Notes under the pieces: model-generated
Database searches by the model: none
The model's input: the letters and a program-made list of their open reading frames with translations, nothing else
What the model was told of the DNA's origin: nothing
Program-made: the position numbers and the translations under genes
From: a virus
Length of the DNA: 64,000 nt
Virus record (IMG/VR): IMGVR_UViG_3300034170_000100
Coordinates: 1 to 64,000 of that record
Strand: one strand, 5' to 3'
Shown: positions 39,501 through 45,716 of the stretch, piece by piece
Layout of the letters: each line of letters begins with the position of its first letter
How positions within the stretch are numbered: position 1 is the stretch's first letter

Positions 39501-40695
39501 CGCTGACTACACTTCGCGCCCTTCTTCGTACATTCGTGTGTCCGCGGACAGCAAAGACAAAGGTTTGGCCGAGACTTATCGCCTGTTGCCAGAAAGCACC
39601 AAGCAAGAGATCCGCAAGGTATGGAAAGACGACGCAATGTATGTGCCGGCTGACCAACTCGATCTGATCTTTGGCTATCGCAAGTTCAGCCTGACCAATT
39701 CGTTTGACGAATTGCCAGGTGACCGCAACATGTTTGAAAAGGTGCTGGTTGCTGCTACTTCTGCGATCTACGGCGAGAAAGCTGCGCTTCGCGTAGGTCA
39801 AGCTGAAGACATCATGCAAACCCTCGTTAAAGAGATGAAAGACATTCTTGTTGTTAAGAACATCTTCACTCTGGCGGGCAACATCACGTCGAACATGACA
39901 TTACTGGCTTGGGAAGGTGTTCCATTGCGGAAGGCCGCGGCTTCTCACGCTATTGCTATCAAAGGTGCAATCGATTTCCGTAAGGATTCGAAACGCCTGC
40001 TGCAATTGCAACAAGCTGTAGAAATTGGGTACTTCGCTGATAACACTGCTGCTGGGGCAGAGATTCTGGAAATTCAGGATCGTTTGGCACGTAACCCGAT
40101 CAAACCATTGGTGGATGCAGGCTTGATGCCTACTATCGTGGAAGACGTTGAAGTTGATGACGACCGCTACACCTACAAAGCTCACTTGGCCCGTAAGGTG
40201 GAGAAGTTCACTGATAAGGTTCCAGCTTGGATGCGTACTGTCGGTAAACAGGTCTACATGACCCATGACACCGCCACGTATAAATTCTTGAGCCAAACAA
40301 CTCAGTTGTCTGACTTGGTGGCACGTTATGCGCTATTTGAGCACTTGACTACCCGCACGAAAGATCCTCTGAGTGTTGCTGATGCTTTGCACCAAGCTGA
40401 GGACAGTTTCGTAAACTACGACCTGCCTTCGCACCGCACACTGCAATATCTGAACGATATGGGCATTGTGATGTTTACCAAGTACTACTTGCGTATTCAG
40501 AAGGTGATCATGCGTCTTGTGCGTGAGAAACCTGTACGTGGTCTGATGTTGGCAGCAGTTGGTCATATGTGGGCCGGTCTGGATTCCATCATGGATTCCA
40601 GCTGGCTCAACAAGATTGGCAACAATCCGCTGCAAGATGGAGCACTTGGTTACCTCGGCTCGTTGAAAGAGCTGCCAGCAATCAAGTTCCTGTAA
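30559..40695 (+). CDS. virion-encapsidated RNA polymerase (N4 gp50-like)
   Basis: 3378 aa, no Cys seen, motif A EVDGVTNGP, motif B RNIIKKPLTALMFGS, motif C NVHDA. Confidence 0.96.
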   Translation: MANGDNNFGFDELFPAGLPAAKEGAFKPLFDLSAKAESVAAASEEKKQTLIGKMGYDAEDTVGTIANYGARFASGLSRQVLGNLATLPLDVISGLAQGSVPEEQVQAFNRMQTNQASDADMALLNQTAPLDDGIPQTYLERLQGTQGIQKVAQNVGDFFDISSIVDTTRSERLSRDIREAAGDGTAQLRGAKEAFNEGQYLEAAGEGIKGLGNTVGPALLAGLQSPVAAGEYVAENIPQIVAAAYNPSILVGTNAGYGYDTYREGIRDYAKKNDGQLPNADERATMGLFAASAAGAEVVGDVGLLKGIRAAGTGSGNKAMSAAMGIGGAAAREGVTEGYQTYAENRAQLKDTTLEDIVEGATIGALVGGNFQLAAEIGGGPKGDAAPARKNAVENAFTSAVESGDVSSLTDSTSPAYSPVRAVEALHQMNLQDGAKAEENLAQVDRIQQDVTADLSSIQARMESTTPERVAQIGALVQQMEVAGSDQADIAEMRQIHEAVSSYTPAQRKADETRAAQLESQLSEIHTAAERMRVDASPEQADVQALATDAQTGDQQAVDRLLTLTMTNPEAVDTSVAESLAQSEALTEPQRNAMRLFTEAQVAANALKGMRGVSSEIATGGDGFKGISQYRNAIRMALANGNESAARSQVDGVRAFAASRVSKLEAITAAYEQVKGTDNSINIVRNEQGEWGPTSLKGTALKKAKGLVVDARSFNLRDGVATEADVLAKTADAFEAMVNAAPSPVSQPVVQPTADQGEVAAATPKADANAPVDAAPVAPVAEQTAAPAPAEEVVAKPEDAPSVTEKAPANAGQLTTIGERTGEAVTADNYRSVNLVSELFDQKVGSDTDASVRPLVAVKDFASAIKAGEVTVQDFLTQEGPLPAPQVTALNAFFNFAQYSEQAIRNQFKVTATRAKRPDFFYRDMAQFMQNADGQIDENLATAVSYGMFSWANENATQLRNSPESINTILMRDLDDEVSNAAYAALSAIGTRESVVASQLGGRILQALGLQVNQNGTRAELSKLESSVGERAIAAMVKLGLVERTQLADQKLQVLMGKTEFDPKLTHNFVVVKSVTDAEGKLQPAPVVKRIRERSVGSQSVVSKLFAVEAAGVEPSYKPIPFTQEFAKRTRQAVPKTLAKILDKEGAKAHVVRQNMWHVWGKLSKQALYEMGGVVSTTDAPTHVENLASRQAKNDGLIQQVDNFDAFVNAMTADSSTEGLDQSLYFGRSVWKPQRVGLTANVINPQTSKIHRHMLAMSGWNATVNLDNKAEMDNFKLRVLEAFGKKTEATTTAKVLAGYDAVVSNPAIQAGIDALAEVLRDNGTVNEAAIVDAVKAAGEKFHSFDALVALAEQRIAEQDGKPAFETAMMGEVDGVTNGPMLSLLMLGAKGFETMNQGGFFELGSQFTQFNDYKAQGNLDLYESNIAQALNRLQGRQQGQLDAMSVITGQLQTAEGNVTSKGRNIIKKPLTALMFGSNPTTAVQGMADGFIEAIYSRIEDAAAARDNDAIAPLFGAVNTLTRSPKFALDVKMGYERALETKLTTQQQDALKRSFYELLGEPTEKALADNYATFIARRNVINQTAQLSFDLFNAVRDGVTEFVESTSQDVPRNNAGAAIRTLTKEQQAQVDALMGDMAPILQTAMSQASKQREAGMYMAKSKRSLDSSAAYEQEVAFGEMVNTIAPDGSMQGIGSTRLSSSRTQDIDPGVMPFITSIHSSDSAIASTVYGMMEALNVHDALGVDLNNVAKVGQELNKATFNTMLEYSSATAMSNMLDEVLAGVSKVMQNPELAARIQPKLREKMVARAEKKRGSIAEQLTAIRETATQADTDKLNMLSNMQAIGQYATDGGSYIVTDADRAKAQAKLDEVGSTFNAAAESVAEQLDAEASIVSAVYVAGKQAELSNTSVTTLAPATSLNTLASLEQTPAVVQVIDSMVSGNRTLADALQVLPEHQAAEVVEAVNGASEAKLSVWGRLGTPVVQSDVNLVQLLDTTGMTAHNLVDSLVEYVQNPFQKTVLKMAKKGISARMPVTYITAETGPEGAFGEGVDKSRGWYAQRNDQAGLFIKSPDFVESGITPELLTHELVHAALANLIDANQGKNTLAGRAVADLEVLRTQAEDFLANNGALSAKYRNATSNVHELVSWGLSNQDFQREVLGQVSVPQKDRSILDGLKGFIKSLTEMLFGANTPSANNGMANLIANSAVLFREAAQAQEKRATATHKYEDAIDHINAMTAEQVFDALATVGNHKTDVVHAEYLRDLLAQTVNPVYGPYGAFKEAASANRALTPLDVFLKAVSTGQTPFSSQATAGQFILSQQEAFVLESVEATISHAMETKETLFVRQGLENLFKEARSKLNPDGRNLHAGDWATASQNEKDVAKAKWDFLFRPQVSATGRNNYLARFAALGLASAEVRNALGFSTNNFETPLKGLPITSKLTELFRRAMTVFARLATKVIPGTSGNVALSTLVEQLVDIEAKRKARMDQEKVNHFDQLETALAGVGDSILEKADALGRAGFIRKSKIPFVAGLGAVVSTAAGNRLDAVLNAITMMRDQSQKSRHGVVMGMLTEWRGVYDSRRLAAELFKGAKANEQQRKSVIETTAASVNEAFANQGQDLTQVQRDALTRVFLRTNAQAIAAARGVDGLRDLMEDPAAMAAYRSDLEAQVTALTPNYLYMISQAKDLAHHKVVGGSTSANLMLSTGNIAAMFGTKKKVAANAAVITLLEQLVGVYGLDYSGDVDLRNAREVLRTEMNRTDGNGVDYMLKLHTGLQAKATADLFKGTEALQQTGYVAEIHDNKIEVLLVAKSDVAAHERAGYIVGTALQMDPNVKGLKTTGRVLMTRRSAGQTALLTGAMSFTGNNAKGSSPVTEAVNMMAGNQTSAAVRQQIAQQKAQAVADLFHRPLSYDPRKAQAGHMVPTLAPDGRIADYRHMMTEQNRDVLLDRDNSMDQVLGVMAGQIADKVSTVQQNTDVVRSMYDQYRADYTSRPSSYIRVSADSKDKGLAETYRLLPESTKQEIRKVWKDDAMYVPADQLDLIFGYRKFSLTNSFDELPGDRNMFEKVLVAATSAIYGEKAALRVGQAEDIMQTLVKEMKDILVVKNIFTLAGNITSNMTLLAWEGVPLRKAAASHAIAIKGAIDFRKDSKRLLQLQQAVEIGYFADNTAAGAEILEIQDRLARNPIKPLVDAGLMPTIVEDVEVDDDRYTYKAHLARKVEKFTDKVPAWMRTVGKQVYMTHDTATYKFLSQTTQLSDLVARYALFEHLTTRTKDPLSVADALHQAEDSFVNYDLPSHRTLQYLNDMGIVMFTKYYLRIQKVIMRLVREKPVRGLMLAAVGHMWAGLDSIMDSSWLNKIGNNPLQDGALGYLGSLKELPAIKFL

Positions 40696-40701
40696 CAAGG
40701 A

Positions 40702-40781
40702 CGGGAGGGGCAGGATTCGAACCTGCGGTGACGAAAGTCACGACCTTATGGGAATGCATTAAACCGCTCTGCCACCCTCCC
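40702..40781 (-). tRNA. tRNA-Ser-like (class II) gene with truncated anticodon arm; pseudo-tRNA or tRNA mimic
   Basis: acceptor GGGAGGG/CCCTCCC, D arm GCAGAGCGGTTTAATGC, variable arm GTGAC-TTTC-GTCAC, T arm GCAGG-TTCGAAT-CCTGC, discriminator G; no regular anticodon arm. Confidence 0.75.
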
Positions 40782-40794
40782 ATGTAAAACAAAC

Positions 40795-40819
40795 AGCCCC
40801 CTTACTTAGGGGGCTTTTT
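40795..40819 (+). terminator. bidirectional terminator
   Basis: AGCCCCCT-TACTT-AGGGGGCT followed by TTTT. Confidence 0.7.
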
Positions 40820-41011
40820 CATTGCGTCAATCACGAATTCCTTGATCGCTGCCCAAACCAGGAAGAGTATGAAGGCAAGCACCAACATCACTGCCAAGAC
40901 AAAGCAGACGATCTTGAATGCGTAGCCCAACACTACAATCGTAGTGAGGAAGGCGATCAAGGCACCTAATCCGATACAGACCGAGAAAAGGCGCCTGATC
41001 CCCCGGATCAA
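40802..41011 (-). CDS. small two-TM membrane protein
   Basis: hydrophobic 69-aa ORF, ATGA coupling. Confidence 0.7.
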   Translation of the reverse strand: MIRGIRRLFSVCIGLGALIAFLTTIVVLGYAFKIVCFVLAVMLVLAFILFLVWAAIKEFVIDAMKKPPK

Positions 41012-41349
41012 TGCTTGGTCGGGCGACGGATGATCATAGCTTCGCCGACTGCCTTACCGTTCAGGTAAATCAGATCGTCGTCACCGATAGTCATACCTTC
41101 CGGCAACTGGGCGTTGATTTCAGCACGGGCCGCGGCCATAGGGTCGACCGAACCTTCGTGTTTGCTGGCCGTGCCTTTATGGCCTGGAGCCTTTGCTTCT
41201 TCAACTGGTTTGAACAGATCAGCTGCGGCATTGGCCAGGATATTGGCTGCTTCCTGCTGATTGACGTTGTACAGGGTTGCTGATGCCTCTGCGAGCAAAT
41301 TGGCAGCGGTTGCGGCTGCAAGCAGAGCTTCATTACATTTTCGGCACAT
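41008..41349 (-). CDS. hypothetical protein
   Basis: AAGGA RBS before MCRKCNE. Confidence 0.7.
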   Translation of the reverse strand: MCRKCNEALLAAATAANLLAEASATLYNVNQQEAANILANAAADLFKPVEEAKAPGHKGTASKHEGSVDPMAAARAEINAQLPEGMTIGDDDLIYLNGKAVGEAMIIRRPTKH

Positions 41350-41369
41350 ACTGCGTTCCTTCTGTTGGT

Positions 41370-42250
41370 GGGTGTATTGGTAGTGCAACTGCCGAGCTTC
41401 CCATGGCAACACTCATCGCTGAGTGGCAGTTGCACGACCAAAACACCCTCCATGTGTAAACCTCTCCGAAGAGTCAGCTTACGGCGGTTGATGTTTCGGG
41501 TGAGTTACCAACTCACAAGGTTATAGGTTATTACGCGAGCGTTACGGGCTCGCAAGCACCGGACTTCGGAGAACGATGCTTTATGTCTTTGAATCGGTAA
41601 CCCCACTGTGGGCCTGCAAAGCCAGGGGACGCATAGTGCAGCTTACTCGCTGCGCGTGGATGTGTAACACACAAACAAACAGTATCTCGATGTAACATAC
41701 TCACGAATGAGTATTGGAGAGCATCTGGGCATTGTTTCTGTATCTGCCCTCTAAGTGCGGGCGTTTCTGTAGCCCATCCCAGATGCTTTCCAATACCGAT
41801 TCTGAACTCGATATTGGGTTCGATCTTATGTTCGAACAGACATAACCAGAATCGTTCTGGTGTAGACGGGCCGTTATATCCCGGCTCAAGGATAGGATCG
41901 GGGGCCTCGCAGTAGTTGCGAGATCTTAGCTTTTATCCGGACTAAGCCGGCCCCAATTTGACGGTACACCCAAGAATCGAACTTGGATACCGGGAGCGAC
42001 CCGATATTCACACATAATCACCAGACCTGCTGATGTCACGTCAATTCATGGAGCTACCATGTTTATCAGTGACGGCAGTTGTGTGTATGCACCAAAACTT
42101 CAAAATTCCGGCTCGTTGTTTTCCAAACAGTTTTCGCGGTAACAAACGACGTGCTGTTTGCCAACTTCAGTTGGTTTTGGTGTTCAGTACCGATCACACC
42201 ATTATTCGTTCTTTTTATTCCCGGAGTACGAATGACACAGTCCCCTCCGT
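41370..42250 (-). ncRNA. candidate large structured ncRNA or ncRNA cluster
   Basis: ~880 nt with no convincing ORF and more than a dozen stems, including 22/24 and 18/19 bp inverted repeats; strand inferred from flanking genes and the embedded T-loop. Confidence 0.55.
41958..42044 (-). ncRNA. tRNA-like element (T arm plus long variable-type arm)
   Basis: CCAAG-TTCGATT-CTTGG T arm, ATATCGGG/CCCGGTAT hairpin, closing TTGACG/CGTCAA stem. Confidence 0.55.
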
Positions 42251-42255
42251 GTTGC

Positions 42256-42459
42256 TTAATCGAGCGTGGTGCGAATTTCACTGCGAGGAGTCCATCCGCT
42301 GCTGGATTGAACCATGCAACCGATAGACCCGCTGAACTTCACAACACGCTCTGTCTGGTAGCCGTACCAACTGCACTTGCCCCATCCAAAGCCCCAACCG
42401 ATACCGATCACGACAATGAAGAAGGCCAGCACAATTAATGTGGCTTTCAGGTGAGCCAC
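42256..42459 (-). CDS. small membrane-anchored protein
   Basis: N-terminal TM helix, two Cys. Confidence 0.65.
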   Translation of the reverse strand: MAHLKATLIVLAFFIVVIGIGWGFGWGKCSWYGYQTERVVKFSGSIGCMVQSSSGWTPRSEIRTTLD

Positions 42460-42903
42460 TTAGGCACCCTTGCGGATTTCGAAGTGTTCTTCGCTCAGGC
42501 GGTAGCCCAGCTCGCGCGCGATCTCTTCGATCACTTTGCGTTCTTCCGGCTCGACTTCGCCGTCAGCCTTGGCGATTGCCAGGACGTTCAGCACCACGTC
42601 TTCGACGTGTTCGTCGTTGCCTTGGATGTCGCGGATTTCGCGCAGGATCTTGCTGCGGCCGACCAGGAAGTCACCTTCCAACAGATCGGTGAAACGACGA
42701 ATCGTCTTACCGATGTCGGCGCCGAAGTGCTTGAGGTTTTCATTACCGGCGATCAGCTTTTCGAGCTTGGTCAGCTCGTCTTTCTCGATGTCGCCATCAG
42801 CTGCGGAGACCAATAGACCGCCGCCGACGATTGCTTCCATCAGGTCGCGGTTTTCGACTTTCTTGGCACCGCGGAACAGCTTGCCAGCGAGTTTACTGAA
42901 CAT
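42460..42903 (-). CDS. TerB-family (tellurite resistance-like) protein
   Basis: duplicated AADGDIEKDE and AKADGEVEPEE motifs. Confidence 0.85.
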   Translation of the reverse strand: MFSKLAGKLFRGAKKVENRDLMEAIVGGGLLVSAADGDIEKDELTKLEKLIAGNENLKHFGADIGKTIRRFTDLLEGDFLVGRSKILREIRDIQGNDEHVEDVVLNVLAIAKADGEVEPEERKVIEEIARELGYRLSEEHFEIRKGA

Positions 42904-43363
42904 GATCATTTTCCTGGATTGGCAGGTCATTGCCTGGGGGCCGGGTTGACGCTGCGACAATTTTGGTACGCATGTCACGGCCAACGGCCGCGCCTAATGC
43001 CCACTCTTGATGATTGAAGGTGTCGTCTTCAGGGAAGGCGTTCACCAACTGGCCTGGGTCGGGCACCGTAAAGGTTTGCTCTAAACCAAGGTTGTAAGCG
43101 GCAGAGGTGACTGACGCTACTGGCGCCTGCGAAGTGCCTGTCAGCTCGAACTCGGTCATGTAGCCAACATAGGCCACGTTGATCAAGGTCGAGCCTTCAG
43201 GGATCTGTCGGCTGGCACGGGCACCATTCAAAATGGGGATCGTGACAGCACGCGACTTCGACCAGACAAATGCACTCAGAGGGACGTAAGCCCCCGGCTG
43301 AGGCACCGACCAGACTGCCAGGAACCAATGCCGCTTTTTATTGCGGTCATCGGCCTGGGTCAT
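42893..43363 (-). CDS. hypothetical protein
   Basis: ORF in middle-gene run. Confidence 0.7.
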   Translation of the reverse strand: MTQADDRNKKRHWFLAVWSVPQPGAYVPLSAFVWSKSRAVTIPILNGARASRQIPEGSTLINVAYVGYMTEFELTGTSQAPVASVTSAAYNLGLEQTFTVPDPGQLVNAFPEDDTFNHQEWALGAAVGRDMRTKIVAASTRPPGNDLPIQENDHVQ

Positions 43364-43365
43364 GA

Positions 43366-43701
43366 TCAGTCGAACAGGTTGTCGGCATCGGAACCGGCAA
43401 CATCGGCGCCAACTTCGGCAGCGGTTTCGACCTGGGCTTCGGTTTGAACTTCAGCCGGGGTTTCGACAACAGGCGCCAGAGCTTCAGTTACCGGGGCCAC
43501 GACGGTCGCTTTGGCAACAACAGGTGCTGCTTCGGCCGGGGCCTTCGGCTCGGTGTCCAGTTCGCACAGCAGTTCTTTCGAGCCGCGCTTGAAAGCGAAA
43601 TCGGCGGTGACTTTGGACGGATCGAACGCAGTCATGCCACGAGTGGCCAGGAATTCGCACAGAGCCAGGGTTACGTCAGCGTGGGAGAGAGTCAGTTTCA
43701 T
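43366..43701 (-). CDS. N4 gp47-like small acidic protein
   Basis: position after the resolvase, acidic low-complexity tail ending NLFD. Confidence 0.65.
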   Translation of the reverse strand: MKLTLSHADVTLALCEFLATRGMTAFDPSKVTADFAFKRGSKELLCELDTEPKAPAEAAPVVAKATVVAPVTEALAPVVETPAEVQTEAQVETAAEVGADVAGSDADNLFD

Positions 43702-44261
43702 TGTTTCGTTCCTCGGTAAAATTGGATGATTTGTTTGTAAATTTCGGTCTGGAGACCGGCATAGATGGCGCCCAATGCGTCAGCCATGTGTTCTGCATCG
43801 CACAATAGGATTTCTCCGTTGGATTTCCGTGGCCAGGGGGCCTCGGGGTGTTTCTTTATCGCCCACTCGATCATTTGCTTTTTGGTGGCCTTTCGGTCAC
43901 CTACAGCCGCAAGTTTGACTTCGTTGGGCGTTACTTCGACGAATTGAGAATTGGCGCGGAGACTGCCCAAAACCCCAATGCAGATACCAGAACATAGCGA
44001 GGCGCGGGCGCTTTGACTCCCAACGGGAATTTCGGCGAAGGTAAGGCTCGCTGCTGTGAAGGGAGCTACGCCCTCATATAACTGGTTTGCCGTGCGCAGA
44101 TCTTGTGAGTTCTGCCGTACCTGCTTTCCTTCGAGCGGTTCAGCCCGCACAACCCGGAGGGTTTTGATGGTCAGTTGCCCGGTGTCGGTGTCAATCGTTC
44201 CACCGGCTATGCCCCAGTTACGAGAACTTGGATCGTGTCCCGCTACACTGAGGCGAGCCAT
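43698..44261 (-). CDS. RuvC-like Holliday junction resolvase (N4 gp46-like)
   Basis: GHDPSSRNWG, AEIP, TPNEVK and EHMADA motifs. Confidence 0.85.
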   Translation of the reverse strand: MARLSVAGHDPSSRNWGIAGGTIDTDTGQLTIKTLRVVRAEPLEGKQVRQNSQDLRTANQLYEGVAPFTAASLTFAEIPVGSQSARASLCSGICIGVLGSLRANSQFVEVTPNEVKLAAVGDRKATKKQMIEWAIKKHPEAPWPRKSNGEILLCDAEHMADALGAIYAGLQTEIYKQIIQFYRGTKQ

Positions 44262-44812
44262 TACACGCCAGCGCGGCTAAGGCGGCGCTGGAGCACAGCA
44301 ACGTAGTCTTTCATCAGACCGTGTTGCGTGCGAAGGTCGGCGATTTCATCGTCCGAAAGTTCCAGAGCTTCCAGAGCACCTGCATCGACTTGAACAAGAA
44401 ACTCGCTCAGGCCCATCAGACGGGAAGCCACTTGGTACATTTCAGTCAGCACACGCTGCACATGATCAGGCAGCTCGCGCTGTTCCTGAGTCAGTGGGCG
44501 ATTGCCGCGATGGATGTCTTCGGCCAACAGGAAACCGGCGAACGGCCACAGTTGGTTCCGGGCATCTTCGTAGGCGAATTTCTTCGCCAACTCTTCGCTG
44601 TAGTTCTCGGCCGAGACCGCGCCCAGGTTTTTGCCCAGGACGGTGAAACCGTTGTGCAGGGTGATTTGGCACAGCATGCCCAGGCCGCCGATCTTGAGCA
44701 GAGACTGCTCTTTGATCATGGCGTCCAGAGCGGCAGGGGTGACCCGTGGCGCCTTGGTAAGGCCGAGGGCCTGGATCTGTGCTTCGGTTGCAGCTTCGTC
44801 TTTGTTAGACAT
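44261..44812 (-). CDS. Phage_gp49_66 (Acb4-type) plus crAss001_48/Y16Q (Sequestin-type) fusion, putative immune-signal sponge
   Basis: N-terminal APRVT..LHNGFTVLG..VSAENY..QLWPFAGFLL; C-terminal HVQRVLTE..LSEFL..LRTQHGLMKDYVAVLQRRL. Confidence 0.7.
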   Translation of the reverse strand: MSNKDEAATEAQIQALGLTKAPRVTPAALDAMIKEQSLLKIGGLGMLCQITLHNGFTVLGKNLGAVSAENYSEELAKKFAYEDARNQLWPFAGFLLAEDIHRGNRPLTQEQRELPDHVQRVLTEMYQVASRLMGLSEFLVQVDAGALEALELSDDEIADLRTQHGLMKDYVAVLQRRLSRAGV

Positions 44813-44856
44813 GTACAGCTCCTGAGAAGGGCCGGTTACCCGACCCATGGGGGTGT

Positions 44857-45645
44857 TCAGTCGAATAGGGAGTCGACAGCTTCCCCACCGGCAGTGGTAG
44901 GCGTGCCAGCAGGGCCACCGGTACCAGCAGGTGCGACCAGCTTGTCAGCTTTGACTTTGTTCACGACTTTGCCGGTGTTGGCTTCAACCCATTTCGGGTA
45001 GAAGTCGGCGGCGACAGGTTGGCCTTTCTGCTTGGCTTCACGCAGCTCGGCGATGGTCGCATTGTTGTCGGCGAAGAAGATCTTGCCAATCTGGTTTTCG
45101 AACTTGGTGTCCGGTACGCCAGGCTCGCCAGCTTTGTGAACTGGCAGGTATTCGTTGCCGACCTTGATGGTCTTGTTCACTTCGTGCTTTTCCAGGCCCA
45201 AGATGAACTTTTTGCCGATCAGCTCGACCGCCATTGGCACTTCGGTTGGAACGTCTTTCTTCTGCTCGTGGTCGCGCAGTTTCAGGATTTTCGTTTCGAA
45301 AGCCAGAGCGTTCAGCTCTTTCTTCGCGCAGAACATCGAGATCGCGTTGACGTTGTTGAAACCAGGCAGGTAGGACTTCTTACCGTCGCGCTCGTAGTAC
45401 GGCTTGTTGCCTTTGGCATCGCCGGAGGTTACCCACTCGGTGAACTTGAACTTACGACCGTCGTCGCCTTGGACTTCGAAAGACATACTACCGGCGCCGC
45501 CTTTGGACTTGCCAGCGTATGCAGCCAGGATGGTTACAGGGTAAGCACCACCGTCCCAGACGAAACCACCACCGAGACGGTCACTATCCGTTTCGATCTG
45601 TTCGTTCGTGGTATTAACGGTGTTGGCAAAAGGGTTCAGACTCAT
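44857..45645 (-). CDS. single-stranded DNA-binding protein (N4 gp45-like)
   Basis: DRLGGG, SKGGA, YLPGF motifs, acidic SLFD C-terminus, synteny. Confidence 0.88.
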   Translation of the reverse strand: MSLNPFANTVNTTNEQIETDSDRLGGGFVWDGGAYPVTILAAYAGKSKGGAGSMSFEVQGDDGRKFKFTEWVTSGDAKGNKPYYERDGKKSYLPGFNNVNAISMFCAKKELNALAFETKILKLRDHEQKKDVPTEVPMAVELIGKKFILGLEKHEVNKTIKVGNEYLPVHKAGEPGVPDTKFENQIGKIFFADNNATIAELREAKQKGQPVAADFYPKWVEANTGKVVNKVKADKLVAPAGTGGPAGTPTTAGGEAVDSLFD

Positions 45646-45716
45646 GATGTTGCTCCAGTATGGAAGGGAAGTGTTTAAAAATCACAAATGCCACCGGAGG
45701 TGGCCACTGTTATTGA

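Noticed and set aside
30784-40698. Long minus-strand ORFs (e.g. 34123-36204, 36229-38028) opposite vRNAP; similar ones opposite portal, MCP and primase
   Set aside because: Antisense shadows of strongly biased coding sequence, with no RBS or protein motifs.
40702-40781. Functional tRNA-Met/Ile (CAT) or prophage attachment site
   Set aside because: The CAT triplet is not in a 7-nt loop on a 5-bp stem, the body is class II, and there is no integrase in the window.
41370-42250. CRISPR array or retron msr-msd
   Set aside because: No regularly spaced direct repeats, and no cas or reverse transcriptase gene in the window.
42066-42281. 71-aa ORF (and 41701-41889)
   Set aside because: Overlaps the upstream gene, no suitably placed RBS, atypical composition; better explained as structured non-coding sequence.
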